The notes under the pieces are model-generated. The model saw only the letters and a program-made list of their open reading frames with translations, did not search any database and had not been told where the DNA came from. The translations under genes and the position numbers were made by a program. DNA of 64,000 bases from Clostridia bacterium (GTDB lineage: Bacteria; Bacillota; Clostridia; Oscillospirales; CAG-272). Shown here piece by piece: positions 9,136 through 19,102 of this stretch. The stretch spans positions 27,573-91,572 of the forward strand of contig JAFTCN010000037.1 of the NCBI GenBank assembly GCA_017454675.1, read 5' to 3'. Each line of letters opens with the position of its first letter. Within the stretch, counting starts at the first letter, position 1.

Positions 9136-9663
9136 TCAGTCGGAGTTCTCGGGGAAGCTGTCGAAGCCCGGAAGGGCGTCGGCAGACGGCAGCGGGAACT
9201 GTGTGTGGAGCGTCATCGGATGACCGCCCGTCGTTTCGTCATATATGTGCGAAAGCTCAGCGAAGCTCCGGCCGAAGAAGACCGGCAGCTGCTCCCTGAA
9301 CCATCCGGCGAGCGGTTCGGCGACCAGGTCCGTGCGTTTTACCCAGTAGTTAACTCCCTCGTCGCACTGAGAGAGCGTCCCGGAAAAATGCGAGGTCCTG
9401 TAGCAGAAGATGAGCTCGTGGCGTCCGCCGCTCTTGTTCCAGTGGACGAGTCCGCAGGGGACCAGGTCCGTCACGTCGAGGCCGGTCTCCTCCTTCACTT
9501 CTCTTACGGCTGAATTTAAAACCGTTTCCCCGTTTTCGAGATGGCCTCCGGGGAAGCACCCGCCCTTCCACTTGCGCGTGCGGTTCTGAAGGAGGACGCT
9601 GTCCGCCTTCATGTCGTAAACCATCACCACATTCATTACGACTACTTCGGTGATGCTGTCCAT
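9136..9663 (-). CDS. NUDIX hydrolase
   Basis: Internal ATG (MDSITE...) of ORF 9136..9795, preceded by AAAGGACGGAG. Nudix box GGHLENGETVLNSAVREVKEETGL. Confidence 0.75.
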   Translation of the reverse strand: MDSITEVVVMNVVMVYDMKADSVLLQNRTRKWKGGCFPGGHLENGETVLNSAVREVKEETGLDVTDLVPCGLVHWNKSGGRHELIFCYRTSHFSGTLSQCDEGVNYWVKRTDLVAEPLAGWFREQLPVFFGRSFAELSHIYDETTGGHPMTLHTQFPLPSADALPGFDSFPENSD

Positions 9664-9680
9664 TTCAGATCTCCGTCCTT

Positions 9681-10418
9681 TCAGATCTTTAGTCCCGCGG
9701 CGGTCTTTTCGCCGTACCTGCGTGCGGCGTCGACGAAAGCTTCGAAGATCGCCCTTGAGCTCGCGAGCCGGTCGCAGAAGAGTTCGGGATGCCACTGTAC
9801 CCCGAGGAGGAACCTTCCGCCTCTGACGGAGGGCTCGATGGCCTCGATCATCCCGTCTTCGGAGACCGCGGAAACGGAAAATCCGGGCGCAGGATCTTTC
9901 ACCGCCTGATGGTGAAAGCTGTTGACGGGAGTGCTTCCGCTCCCGACGAGCTCCTCAAGGAAGCTTCCGGGCACGACCCTGTCCGAGAACGGGGTCTCGA
10001 TCCCGGGCTCATCCTGACGGTGCCCGGCTATGTTCTGGTGGAGCGTCCCTCCGTATGCGACGTTTATGAGCTGGATCCCCCGGCAGATGCCGAGGACCGG
10101 AACTTCGGTGTCACGCAGAAGCTTCGCAAATTCAAGTTCGAAGCGGTCCCGGTCTTCGCAGATCTCGACGCCCTCGCCCGTGATCTCCTCGCCGTACCTG
10201 TGCGGGTCGACATCGACGCCGCCGGCGAAGAGAACTCCGTCATAAAAACGCGAACCGAAAAACTCGCGGGCTTCCTTTTCGGTACCGGAAAAGGGGAGAC
10301 CTACCGGGAGTCCGCCGGCTGAAAAGACGGCGTGGAAATAGGATCTGTTCAGCCGGATCTGCGACTCCGTATCGTTCATCGAGGTGCAGATCGCTATAAC
10401 GGGGCGGCGCCGGTCCAT
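9681..10418 (-). CDS. Class I glutamine amidotransferase / peptidase C26 gamma-glutamyl hydrolase family
   Basis: Nucleophile elbow GICRGIQLINVAYGG and an HHQAV histidine motif. Confidence 0.8.
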   Translation of the reverse strand: MDRRRPVIAICTSMNDTESQIRLNRSYFHAVFSAGGLPVGLPFSGTEKEAREFFGSRFYDGVLFAGGVDVDPHRYGEEITGEGVEICEDRDRFELEFAKLLRDTEVPVLGICRGIQLINVAYGGTLHQNIAGHRQDEPGIETPFSDRVVPGSFLEELVGSGSTPVNSFHHQAVKDPAPGFSVSAVSEDGMIEAIEPSVRGGRFLLGVQWHPELFCDRLASSRAIFEAFVDAARRYGEKTAAGLKI

Positions 10419-10421
10419 CGG

Positions 10422-11081
10422 TCAGACCTTTCTGCGGTTGGCTGCGATCCCGATGAGTCTTACGACCAGCGGGCTCAGCAGGACGACGGTCGCGAACTCG
10501 ACGAGGAAGTTTACCCCGATCATTCCGATAAAGAGATATCTGGCCCCGCTTTCAAAGCCGGCGGATGCTGCCCATCCGTTTATTGTCGGCATGAAGAACA
10601 GGAAGCATCCGGCGGTGAAGATCCCCGTGTTGACTATGGGACAGGCTATGCCTGAGATAAAGACTCTGAGCATCGTTTTCCATTTTCCGACCGAATCCGT
10701 GCCGGGTATCACTTTCAGTGCGCGGTATATAAGGCCTGAGGCAAGTCCGGCAAGAGTACCTTTGAGAAGTACCGTGAGAGCGGTCCCGAACGGATCTACG
10801 GCAAGAAACGCCGCGGCGTCGAATATCAGCACTATAACGCTGAATACGAGTCCCAGAAAAGCTCCTGAGAGCGGCCCGCAGATCGCAGCCCCCACGATAA
10901 TGGGAACCAGAGCGAGCGTGATCGAGAACGGGCCGAATTTTATGTAACTCGAAAAGTACTGGAGCACCACCACTACTGCCGCAAGGATGCCGGTGAGCAC
11001 CAGCTTCATGATCTGTTCTCTTGTCATAGATCTTGAGGTTCTGTTTTTCATTTCTGTTTCTTTGTGTCCTCCCATCTGCAA
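10422..11081 (-). CDS. ECF-transporter S (substrate-capture) component, possibly folate family
   Basis: About six TM segments. Lies immediately upstream of the C26 gamma-glutamyl hydrolase gene. The start could instead be the ATG at 11051. Confidence 0.55.
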   Translation of the reverse strand: MQMGGHKETEMKNRTSRSMTREQIMKLVLTGILAAVVVVLQYFSSYIKFGPFSITLALVPIIVGAAICGPLSGAFLGLVFSVIVLIFDAAAFLAVDPFGTALTVLLKGTLAGLASGLIYRALKVIPGTDSVGKWKTMLRVFISGIACPIVNTGIFTAGCFLFFMPTINGWAASAGFESGARYLFIGMIGVNFLVEFATVVLLSPLVVRLIGIAANRRKV

Positions 11082-11135
11082 ATGACTGTGTTTGCCCGCC
11101 GTACTGCGGCGGGAAGAAACAGTAAGTTAACCTTT

Positions 11136-11164
11136 ATTATAACTCTTTTGTGCTAAAAAATCAA
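11136..11164 (-). promoter_or_regulatory. Sigma-A promoter for the ECF-S/C26/NUDIX genes (TTGATT-N17-TATAAT)
   Basis: The reverse complement reads TTGATTttttagcacaaaagagtTATAAT. A GC hairpin (11095..11113) lies in the leader. Confidence 0.6.
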
Positions 11165-11267
11165 GAAAAACCTTCCGGCAGTCTACAAAAGCCGGCTTTG
11201 ACTGAGGTGTGTACGGAATGCGGACACGACTTGCGTGCCGCTTTTTTCTTCATGTCTCCATTATTTA

Positions 11268-11296
11268 TTGACAACTATTCTTTTATTTGATATAAT
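11268..11296 (+). promoter_or_regulatory. Consensus sigma-A promoter (TTGACA-N17-TATAAT, TG extended -10)
   Basis: TTGACA at 11268-11273 and TATAAT at 11291-11296. Followed by a GC-rich leader of about 95 nt before the ATG at 11397. Confidence 0.7.
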
Positions 11297-11396
11297 ATTT
11301 ACTGATTAAATAGGCGGATGCACGGATCATTCCCCGGCTGCCCCGGCGCGGCCCGGCGGGTAGGCTTCCGCCCGGCTCCGGAGGGTTTGTCAGACA

Positions 11397-12239
11397 ATGT
11401 ACGGCGGTTTCAGGATCACATGCAATCTCAATTTTACCGGCACATTCCGGGACGGAAGGCAGACGCTCGGCGAGACCTTCGCCAGGCTTTCCGGATGCGG
11501 CTTTGACGGCGTCGACTTCGACACCGAATGGTTCATCGGCTCCCCCGACTGGAGAGAGAAGGGAGCCGAGGCTGCAGAGCTCGCCGCGCTCCACTGTTTC
11601 GACGTCTCCTTCGGACATCTGCCGTTCCATAATGTCAGAGGCCCCGGCAGCCTGAAGGAATGTATCCTCGACGGGATCGAGCTCGCCTCGATCATCGGAA
11701 TGAAGCGCGGAGTCGTCCACCCGAAGCACACGCCCGAGCGTGAGGACGACCTTGATTTCAGCTTCAGAAAGAATATCGACTGGTTCTCGCCTCTCGTCGA
11801 GAAGGCGGAAAAATACGGCGTGAAGCTGCTTATCGAGAATATGCCGAACTACTACGCCGACGGCAGGATGCGCTACGGTGCGCAGCCAGAGCATATCATC
11901 GCCCTGGCCGACGAACTGGGATGCGGCAACTGCTGGGACACCGGGCACGCCAATCTGTCGGAGGTCGATCAGTACCTCGGCATCACCGCCCTCGGAGACC
12001 GGCTGATGGGGCTGCACCTCAACGACAACGTAGGCGGACATATCGACGCCCACCTCATCCCCGGATTCGGGACCGCCGACTGGGACGGCGTGATGCGCGC
12101 GCTCTGCGATATCGGCTACTCCGGCACCTTCAATTTCGAGTGCCGCACGAGGCATCTGCCGAAGGCCTCGTCGGAATTCGTGGGATACCACCTGATGTCG
12201 GTCGCGAGGTCGCTGATAGACCGCGCCTGGAAAAAGTAA
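11397..12239 (+). CDS. Sugar phosphate isomerase/epimerase (xylose-isomerase-like TIM barrel)
   Basis: 280 aa. Has LLIENMPN, WDTGHANL and LHLNDN motifs typical of the AP-endonuclease-2/XI-like TIM family. Confidence 0.7.
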   Translation: MYGGFRITCNLNFTGTFRDGRQTLGETFARLSGCGFDGVDFDTEWFIGSPDWREKGAEAAELAALHCFDVSFGHLPFHNVRGPGSLKECILDGIELASIIGMKRGVVHPKHTPEREDDLDFSFRKNIDWFSPLVEKAEKYGVKLLIENMPNYYADGRMRYGAQPEHIIALADELGCGNCWDTGHANLSEVDQYLGITALGDRLMGLHLNDNVGGHIDAHLIPGFGTADWDGVMRALCDIGYSGTFNFECRTRHLPKASSEFVGYHLMSVARSLIDRAWKK

Positions 12240-12287
12240 TGAAGCGCCGCGTCCCCGCGGGGAGATGCGCGGCGAAAGGAACAGGAA

Positions 12288-13769
12288 ATGCCACTTAATC
12301 TGTATAATTCGCTGAGTCATAAAAAAGAGGTGTTCGTACCGAACGAGCCGGGGAAGGTGAAGATCTACACCTGCGGCCCGACCGTCTACCACTACGCCCA
12401 CATCGGAAACCTCCGCACCTACATGATGGAGGATATCCTCGACCGGTATCTCCGCTACACGGGATACGACGTCGACCGCGTGATGAACATCACAGACGTC
12501 GGCCACCTGACGTCCGACGGCGACACCGGAGAGGACAAGATGCTCAAAGGCGCGAAGAGAGAGCACAAGAGCGTCATGGAGATCGCCGCCTTCTTCACCG
12601 ACGCCTTCTTTGCCGACTGCAAAAAGCTGAACATACGCATTCCCGAGACCGTCCAGCCGGCGACCGGCTGCATAGACGATTTCATCCGCGTCATCTCCGC
12701 GCTGCTTGAAAAGGGGTATGCCTACGAGGCGGGCGGAAATATCTATTTCGACACGTCAAAGCTCGATAAATACTACGTCTTCCACGGCTTTACCGAGGAA
12801 GACCTCGAAGTGGGCGTCAGAGATGGAGTCGAGGCCGACGAAAACAAGCGCAGCAAGGCAGATTTCGTACTCTGGTTCACCAAATCAAAGTTCGAGGATC
12901 AGGAGCTCAAGTGGGAGAGCCCCTGGGGGCTTGGATATCCCGGATGGCACATCGAGTGCTCCTGCATTGCGATGAAATATCTCGGAGAGAGGCTCGACAT
13001 CCACTGCGGAGGCATCGACAACGCCTTTCCGCACCACACAAACGAGATCGCCCAGAGCGAGGCATTCCTCGGTCACGGGTGGTGCAACTGGTGGATGCAT
13101 GTCCATCATCTCAACACTGCGTCGGGCAAGATGAGCAAGTCGTCGGGCGAGTTCCTCACCGTCTCGCTGCTCGAGTCGAAGGGATACGACCCGCTCGCCT
13201 ACCGCTTCTTCTGCCTGCAGTCTCACTACCGTAAGAATCTTGTCTTCTGTTACGATAATCTCGACAACGCCTCGGCTTCATACAGAAAGCTGGTGTCCAG
13301 GGTCGCATCTCTCATCCGCGAGGCAGAAACATCTGCGGATAAGGAGCCGGACACCGAAGCGCTGGCAGCTCTGAAGAAGCGCTTCACCGACGCTCTCGAC
13401 AACGATCTCAACACCTCGCTTGCCGTCACCGCGCTCTACGATGCCCTGAAATCCCCGGTGTCTCCCGCGACAAGGCTTGCCGCCGTCAGAGATTTCGACA
13501 CCGTGCTGATGCTCGGTCTAGAAGAGAAGGCAGCGGCGCAGATCGCGGATGAGGCCGAAAAGGAAAAAGCCGCGGCGGCACCGGAAGCCGTACAGGGCTT
13601 TTCCGACGATCCGGAGATCAGATCGATAGAGGAGAGGATAGCGGCCCGCGCCGCCGCCAAAAAGGCGAAGAACTGGGCCGAGGCCGACCGCATCCGCGCC
13701 GAGCTGCTCGCCGAGGGGATAGTCCTCACCGACACTCCCGCGGGGACGGTATGGAGCCGCAGGGACTGA
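12288..13769 (+). CDS. cysS: Cysteine--tRNA ligase
   Basis: HIGN (HIGH) and KMSKS motifs. 493 aa with CysS-typical N-terminus [11 protein letters not shown]. Confidence 0.92.
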   Translation: MPLNLYNSLSHKKEVFVPNEPGKVKIYTCGPTVYHYAHIGNLRTYMMEDILDRYLRYTGYDVDRVMNITDVGHLTSDGDTGEDKMLKGAKREHKSVMEIAAFFTDAFFADCKKLNIRIPETVQPATGCIDDFIRVISALLEKGYAYEAGGNIYFDTSKLDKYYVFHGFTEEDLEVGVRDGVEADENKRSKADFVLWFTKSKFEDQELKWESPWGLGYPGWHIECSCIAMKYLGERLDIHCGGIDNAFPHHTNEIAQSEAFLGHGWCNWWMHVHHLNTASGKMSKSSGEFLTVSLLESKGYDPLAYRFFCLQSHYRKNLVFCYDNLDNASASYRKLVSRVASLIREAETSADKEPDTEALAALKKRFTDALDNDLNTSLAVTALYDALKSPVSPATRLAAVRDFDTVLMLGLEEKAAAQIADEAEKEKAAAAPEAVQGFSDDPEIRSIEERIAARAAAKKAKNWAEADRIRAELLAEGIVLTDTPAGTVWSRRD

Positions 13770-13797
13770 CTGACCGGCACGGTCCACGGAGCAGGAT

Positions 13798-14436
13798 ATG
13801 AAAAAGAGATTACCCGATAAATACAGAGAGATACTCATCTACCTGGTCGTGGGTGTGCTCACGACGGTCGTCGCCTACGGCGTGCGGCTCGCCGTGCTAT
13901 ACGGCGGCGCGGCGGTCTTCTCGATCGACCTCGGGGCCGCCGACGGCAACTCGCTCCCCGAGCTCTTCCGGCAGATATTCTCGGCGGGCGGCAGCAGAGA
14001 CATAAAGAACGCAGCGGTCCTCAGGATCGTCGCGGTCACGCTCGGGTGGATCGCAGGCGTCCTCTTTGCCTTCTATCCCAACAAAAAATGGGTGTTCCGG
14101 AACAACGACAATGAAAGACAGGCCGTCCGGAAGCAGTTCTGGAGCTTCACAGGCTCGAGAGTCGGGACATATTTCGTCGAGCTTCTGATCGGGGTCGCCT
14201 TCCCGCTGCTCCTCGCGGCGATGGGATATTCCGCCTTCAGGTTCATCGTCGAGTTCACTCCCGACCTCGTGACGAGCATCTTCTCGATGGTCGTTGTCAC
14301 GGTGCTGAACTACATCCTCAGCAAGCTCATAGTTTTCCGGAAAAAGAAAAAGGCGGCGGCAGAGGCAGAGGCAGAGGTGGAAAAAGCCGGGACGGCGACG
14401 CATGACGGGAACGGCGGGAGGGACTGGACTGACTGA
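13798..14436 (+). CDS. GtrA-family membrane protein
   Basis: YLVVGVLTTVVAYGVR start and four TM segments, ending in NYILSKLIVFRK, typical of GtrA-like proteins. Confidence 0.7.
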   Translation: MKKRLPDKYREILIYLVVGVLTTVVAYGVRLAVLYGGAAVFSIDLGAADGNSLPELFRQIFSAGGSRDIKNAAVLRIVAVTLGWIAGVLFAFYPNKKWVFRNNDNERQAVRKQFWSFTGSRVGTYFVELLIGVAFPLLLAAMGYSAFRFIVEFTPDLVTSIFSMVVVTVLNYILSKLIVFRKKKKAAAEAEAEVEKAGTATHDGNGGRDWTD

Positions 14437-14517
14437 TCCGCTCATCCGGCGCCCTGTGTGCCGGTCCGTGTCACATAAGACTCAAATATCATTTTTCATA
14501 AAGAGAGGGAAAAGCAA

Positions 14518-15336
14518 ATGAAAAAACTTCCTATAGGCATCCAGGTATATTCAGTGAGAAACGAAGCCTCGGCCGACCTTGAAGGCACGCTCGCGAAGAT
14601 TCGGGATCTCGGCTACGACGGCGTGGAATTCGCCGGACTTTACGGAAAGAGCGCCGCAGAGGTGAAGGCGATCTGTGAGAAACTGGGACTCGTCCCGATC
14701 TCCGCTCACGTGCCTTTTGTCGACATGCTGAAAGACCCCGCCGGCGTGCTCTCGCAGTATGCCGAGATCGGCTGCAAATACGTCGCGGTGCCCTATCTTT
14801 CGGGAGAACACCGCCCCGGAACGCCCAATTTCGAATATGTCGTCGCTTTCATAGAGATCCTCGCGAAGGCAGCAAAGAAGCTCGGCATCCGCATGCTCTA
14901 TCACAACCATGACTTCGAATTCATGACCATCGGCGGTAAATTCGCTCTCGATGTCCTTTATGAGACCGTCCCTGCCGATCTGCTGCAGACCGAGATCGAC
15001 GTCTGCTGGGCGAAGGTCGGGGGAGTCGATCCCGCCGAATACGTCCGCAAATACTCCGGCCGGGCTCCGATCGTCCACCTGAAGGACTACTTCGGTCAGA
15101 AGAGCGAGAACATGTACGAGCTCATCGGCATCGAGCGCAAGGCTCCGAAGCGCCCCGAGGGCTTCGAATTCAGGCCGGTGGGATACGGACTTCAGGATAT
15201 CCCCTCTGTCGTGAACGCCGCGGTCGACGCCGGAGCCGAGTGGCTTGTGGTCGAGCAGGACTCGCCCAGCATGGGCCTCTCCCCGCTTGAGTGCGCGAAG
15301 AAGAGCATAGATTACTTAAAGTCGATAGGACAGTAA
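14518..15336 (+). CDS. Sugar phosphate isomerase/epimerase (xylose-isomerase-like TIM barrel)
   Basis: 272 aa. Motifs GYDGVEFAG, YHNHDFEF and HLKD. Confidence 0.75.
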   Translation: MKKLPIGIQVYSVRNEASADLEGTLAKIRDLGYDGVEFAGLYGKSAAEVKAICEKLGLVPISAHVPFVDMLKDPAGVLSQYAEIGCKYVAVPYLSGEHRPGTPNFEYVVAFIEILAKAAKKLGIRMLYHNHDFEFMTIGGKFALDVLYETVPADLLQTEIDVCWAKVGGVDPAEYVRKYSGRAPIVHLKDYFGQKSENMYELIGIERKAPKRPEGFEFRPVGYGLQDIPSVVNAAVDAGAEWLVVEQDSPSMGLSPLECAKKSIDYLKSIGQ

Positions 15337-16781
15337 TGAGGCCGTTTTCACCGCCGCCGTCCGGGGGCGGGAAGGGACTCCGCCGCGCAGCGGCGATATC
15401 GATGCTCCTCGCGGCTATGACCGCGCTCCAGGGCTGCTCCGGTGGGAGAAACGGTACCTCCGCCGGGAGTTCGGCAGAGCCCGGAACGGCAGACCCGGGA
15501 GGCGCGTCGGGGACAGTGACGCTGATCTCTGAAGGAACTGCCGAATATACCGTCGTGAGGGCGGAATCAGCCGGAGAGGGAATAACGAAGCTCGTCCGCG
15601 AGATCACGCTCTTTTTGCGAGAGGCGGGCGGCAGCGCCGCGGCGGTCACCGATTTTTCCAGGGATCCCGTGTCAGAAAAGGACGCGATAGCGGAAAAGAA
15701 GGAGATACTCGTCGGACCGACGAACCGCCCGGAATCGGAGGAGGCTTCCTCCGGGATCGGCACCGACGAATACCGGGTCGTCTTTTTGCGGAACAAGATA
15801 GCGATCTGCGGAGGCAGCGACTTTGCGCTTGCTGCGGGGTGCGACGCATTCATGAATGCCGCGAAGGCCGACGGGAACGGTTCTCTCGTGATACCCGGGG
15901 TGAAAATCTCGGGAAGGACCGGACGGGATTACCGCATAGCGGTGACCGATCAGGGGAATTCCAGGGTCGAGATCTTCGATCTGTCGAAGGGGGATCTGTC
16001 GTCCGGCAGTTGCGTCTGGTCGCACTTCTATTCCGCTTACAACATAGCCGACACGAGGCTGAGAAACTACCTCGGGAAGGAGACGGTATTTGCCGCCTAC
16101 GGCTCTGCATACGCTTCGGCGGTCGATCTTGAGACCGGAAAGACCGTATGGGAGACGTCGCAGGCAGCGAACAACCCGCACGCCGCAGAGCTCATTCCCG
16201 CAGGAGGAGACGTATATGTCACCGCAGTCGCGTCGAGCGCCGGTTCGGAGATCAGGTTCTTCCTCATGCCGGAGACGTCGGTCTCGGCGCGGGTGGTGTT
16301 CGAAGACGCCCACGGGCTGTTGTGGGATCCGTCGCTTTCGGTGCTCTGGGCGCAGGGAAGGAACGTGCTCACGGCGTATGAGATCGGAGTGTCGGGACAC
16401 AGGGTGACCGTCAAGGAGAGAGAGAACCTGCGGGCGGAGATACCTTCGGACTGGGCTCACGACCTGCAGCCGTCATATGCCGATCTCGACAAGCTCATCG
16501 TCACCACCGGCTCGAGTGTCTATCTGTATTCCAAATCGGAAAAGGTGTTTTTGACCGATTATCCGGGCAGCGAATATCTTTGCCGCGAAGATGTCAAAGG
16601 CGCCGGGATCTTTAAGGACGGAAGCATCGTCTATACCGTTCCCGACGGGAAATTCAAAAGCTGGACCGGCATGACCGTGGGATTCGTTTTCGCGAGGTCC
16701 GGACAGCTTCTGCCGACCGGGGTGAGTTCGCCCGACGGCCACTTTTACAAAGTGCGGGCTCTTTATTCGGAATATCAATAA
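15336..16781 (+). CDS. Lipoprotein: shared N-terminal module plus a probable beta-propeller-like C-terminal domain
   Basis: The ATG at 15336 overlaps the upstream stop (TAATG). Lipobox LQGC. N-terminal module (EYTVVR...EILVGPTNRPES) is paralogous to those at 4423.. and 23017... Confidence 0.6.
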   Translation: MRPFSPPPSGGGKGLRRAAAISMLLAAMTALQGCSGGRNGTSAGSSAEPGTADPGGASGTVTLISEGTAEYTVVRAESAGEGITKLVREITLFLREAGGSAAAVTDFSRDPVSEKDAIAEKKEILVGPTNRPESEEASSGIGTDEYRVVFLRNKIAICGGSDFALAAGCDAFMNAAKADGNGSLVIPGVKISGRTGRDYRIAVTDQGNSRVEIFDLSKGDLSSGSCVWSHFYSAYNIADTRLRNYLGKETVFAAYGSAYASAVDLETGKTVWETSQAANNPHAAELIPAGGDVYVTAVASSAGSEIRFFLMPETSVSARVVFEDAHGLLWDPSLSVLWAQGRNVLTAYEIGVSGHRVTVKERENLRAEIPSDWAHDLQPSYADLDKLIVTTGSSVYLYSKSEKVFLTDYPGSEYLCREDVKGAGIFKDGSIVYTVPDGKFKSWTGMTVGFVFARSGQLLPTGVSSPDGHFYKVRALYSEYQ

Positions 16782-16806
16782 TCAATAAAATCAAAGGAGA
16801 AAAACC

Positions 16807-17985
16807 ATGGCTGACAAATCAATGGAAGGCCTCAACACCTTCACCGCCGAGGTCGAGAAGAAAGTCGACTCCGGCCGCAAGCTCCGCGTCGCCATAATCG
16901 GATGCGGATGGATCGCCGACTCCCACATCAGGTCATATCTTGCGCAGCCCGACGTCGAGATCGTCGCCGGCGCCGATCTGATCCCCGGAAAGGCCGCGAA
17001 ATTCTTCGAGAAGCACGGTGTGGAAGGCGTTAAGACAGATTACGCCAACGACGAGGAACTTATCGCCGACAAGTCGCTGGAACTCGACGCCGTATCCGTC
17101 TGCACCTACAACAGACAGCATGCTCCCGTCGCCATCCACGCTCTCAACGCCGGACTCAACGTCCTGCTCGAGAAGCCCTTCACCGTGACGCTCGACGAGG
17201 CCGTCGAGGTCATGAGGGCGGAGAAGAAGAGCGGAAAGGTCCTTTCGATCGGCTTCCAGCCCAGGCTTGACGCCAACATGAAGATGATCGGCAAGATCGT
17301 CCGCTCGGGCGAGCTCGGCAAGATCTACTATATCCAGACCGGCGGCGGACGCCGCCGCGGCATACCGACGCCTTTCGGCACCACCTTCATCGAGGACAAG
17401 ACCGCCGGACTCGGCGCTCTCGCCGACATCGGATGCTACTCCCTCGACATGGTCCTCAATGCCATCGGTTATCCGAAACCGCTGACCGTTTCGGGCTACA
17501 AGTCCGCCTACTTCGGCACCGACCCGAACTACTGCGGATACAGAGCCGACAAGCGCGCCGAATACGCCTCGAAATTCGGCGTCGACGATTTCGCCGCCGC
17601 CTTCATCAGACTGGAGGGCGACATTATTCTCGACTTCAGGATCTCCTGGGCGATGAACATGGATACCCCCGGGGACACCATCATACTCGGCACCAAGGGC
17701 GGTCTCCGCATTCCTTCGACCGAGTGCTGGAACGGCTCGGTCGGCGGACCCATGAAGATCTACCACGAGGTCGCCGGCAGTCAGGTCGAGACCGAGATCC
17801 CGATCATCAAGATGAAGGAAGGCCTGTTCGACCTCAAGATCCGCTCCTTCCTCGACGCAGTTAAGAACGGCACTCCCGCTCCCGTACCGTCGAGCCAGAT
17901 CATATACAACCAGGCCATCCTCGACGGCATCGCGAGATCCGCCGAGCTCGGCAGAGAAGTCGAGATAAAGATACCCGAGATCTGA
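16807..17985 (+). CDS. Gfo/Idh/MocA-family NAD(P)-dependent oxidoreductase
   Basis: Rossmann start RVAIIGCGWIADSH and an EKP motif (LLEKPF). Confidence 0.85.
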   Translation: MADKSMEGLNTFTAEVEKKVDSGRKLRVAIIGCGWIADSHIRSYLAQPDVEIVAGADLIPGKAAKFFEKHGVEGVKTDYANDEELIADKSLELDAVSVCTYNRQHAPVAIHALNAGLNVLLEKPFTVTLDEAVEVMRAEKKSGKVLSIGFQPRLDANMKMIGKIVRSGELGKIYYIQTGGGRRRGIPTPFGTTFIEDKTAGLGALADIGCYSLDMVLNAIGYPKPLTVSGYKSAYFGTDPNYCGYRADKRAEYASKFGVDDFAAAFIRLEGDIILDFRISWAMNMDTPGDTIILGTKGGLRIPSTECWNGSVGGPMKIYHEVAGSQVETEIPIIKMKEGLFDLKIRSFLDAVKNGTPAPVPSSQIIYNQAILDGIARSAELGREVEIKIPEI

Positions 17986-17998
17986 TCGCGGCGTGATA

Positions 17999-18031
17999 CC
18001 GGCGCCCGAAGGAAGAATCTCCGGGCGCCGG
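17999..18031 (+). terminator. GC hairpin after the oxidoreductase gene; possible terminator or attenuator with no U-tract
   Basis: ccggcgcccg / cgggcgccgg gives a 10-bp stem with a 13-nt loop. Confidence 0.35.
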
Positions 18032-18072
18032 ACAGTTGAAAAATAATTCACTCTCAGAAAGGCTTAAATACA

Positions 18073-19041
18073 ATGGCACTTGTTACCACGAAAGAAATGT
18101 TCGCAAAGGCGTATGCCGGAAAATACGCCATCGGTGCGTTCAACATCAACAACATGGAGATCATCCAGGCGATCTGCGAAGCCGCCGCGGAGGAGCGCTC
18201 CTCCGTCATACTCCAGGTGTCGGCCGGAGCCAGAAAGTACGCGAAGCACGAGTACCTTATGGCCCTCGCAAAAGCCGCCATCAAGGACAGCGGGATCGAT
18301 CTCGCCCTGCATCTCGACCACGGAGCCGACTTTGAGATCTGCAAGTCCTGCATCGACGGCGGATTCTCGTCGGTCATGATCGACGGCTCCAAATGGAGCT
18401 TCGAGGACAACATCGCCCTCACGAGATCGGTCGTCGAATACGCTCACGCCCGCGGCGTGACGGTCGAGGGCGAGCTCGGCAAGCTTGCCGGCATCGAGGA
18501 CGACGTCAAGGTCTCAGCCGAGGATTCCTCATACACCAGACCCGAAGAGGTCGAGGAGTTCGTCACCCGCACGGGCGTCGACTCGCTTGCCATCGCCATC
18601 GGTACCTCGCACGGAGCATACAAATTCACTCCCGAGCAGTGCACCAGGAACGCCGACGGCGTGCTGGTTCCCCCTCCGCTCAGATTCGACATCCTGGAGG
18701 AGGTCGAGAAGAGACTGCCCGGATTCCCGATCGTGCTCCACGGCGCGTCGTCGGTCCCACAGCAGTTCGTCAAGGAGATCAACAGCCTCGGCGGAAAGAT
18801 GCCCGACGCCGTCGGCATCCCCGAGGACCAGCTCAGGAAGGCCGCTGCGATGGCGGTCTGCAAGATCAACATCGACTCGGATATCCGCGTCGCCATGACA
18901 GCGGCGATCCGCAGATATCTTTACGACCATCCGTCGGCGTTCGACCCGAGAGAATACCTCGGCGCCGGCAGGACCGCCGTCAAAGAGATGGTGAGACACA
19001 AGATCGTCAACGTGCTCGGCTCTTCCGGCTCGCTCGACTGA
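18073..19041 (+). CDS. fba: Class II fructose-1,6-bisphosphate aldolase
   Basis: 322 aa. GAFNINNMEIIQAI, HLDHG and AIGTSHGAYKF are hallmarks of class II FBA. Confidence 0.9.
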   Translation: MALVTTKEMFAKAYAGKYAIGAFNINNMEIIQAICEAAAEERSSVILQVSAGARKYAKHEYLMALAKAAIKDSGIDLALHLDHGADFEICKSCIDGGFSSVMIDGSKWSFEDNIALTRSVVEYAHARGVTVEGELGKLAGIEDDVKVSAEDSSYTRPEEVEEFVTRTGVDSLAIAIGTSHGAYKFTPEQCTRNADGVLVPPPLRFDILEEVEKRLPGFPIVLHGASSVPQQFVKEINSLGGKMPDAVGIPEDQLRKAAAMAVCKINIDSDIRVAMTAAIRRYLYDHPSAFDPREYLGAGRTAVKEMVRHKIVNVLGSSGSLD

Positions 19042-19063
19042 AGACCTGCTGCCACCGGAATAT

Positions 19064-19096
19064 AAAAGCCTCCGCCGAACCGGCGGAGGCTTTTAT
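19064..19096. terminator. Bidirectional intrinsic terminator (A-tract, hairpin, T-tract)
   Basis: aaaaGCCTCCGCCGaacCGGCGGAGGCtttt, between convergent fba and the EEP gene. Confidence 0.85.
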
Positions 19097-19102
19097 ATGA
19101 TA

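Noticed and set aside
12240-12287. T-box leader or attenuator upstream of cysS. A hairpin cgccgcg...cgcggcg lies at about 12245-12274.
   Set aside because: A 48-nt gap cannot hold a T-box (about 200+ nt), and no T-box sequence is present. The hairpin lacks a U-tract, so at most it is an RNA-stability or weak pause element.
11283-12566. Long antisense ORFs overlapping well-supported genes. Examples: 11283..12566, 16933..18051, 35567..36814, 39467..40945, 47859..49331, 54978..56705, 56852..58825, 59746..61143 and 61934..63271.
   Set aside because: Each lies opposite a gene with clear catalytic motifs. Their translations are Arg/Gly/Pro/Ala-rich low-information sequence typical of stop-poor frames in high-GC DNA. 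They lack RBS or promoter context.
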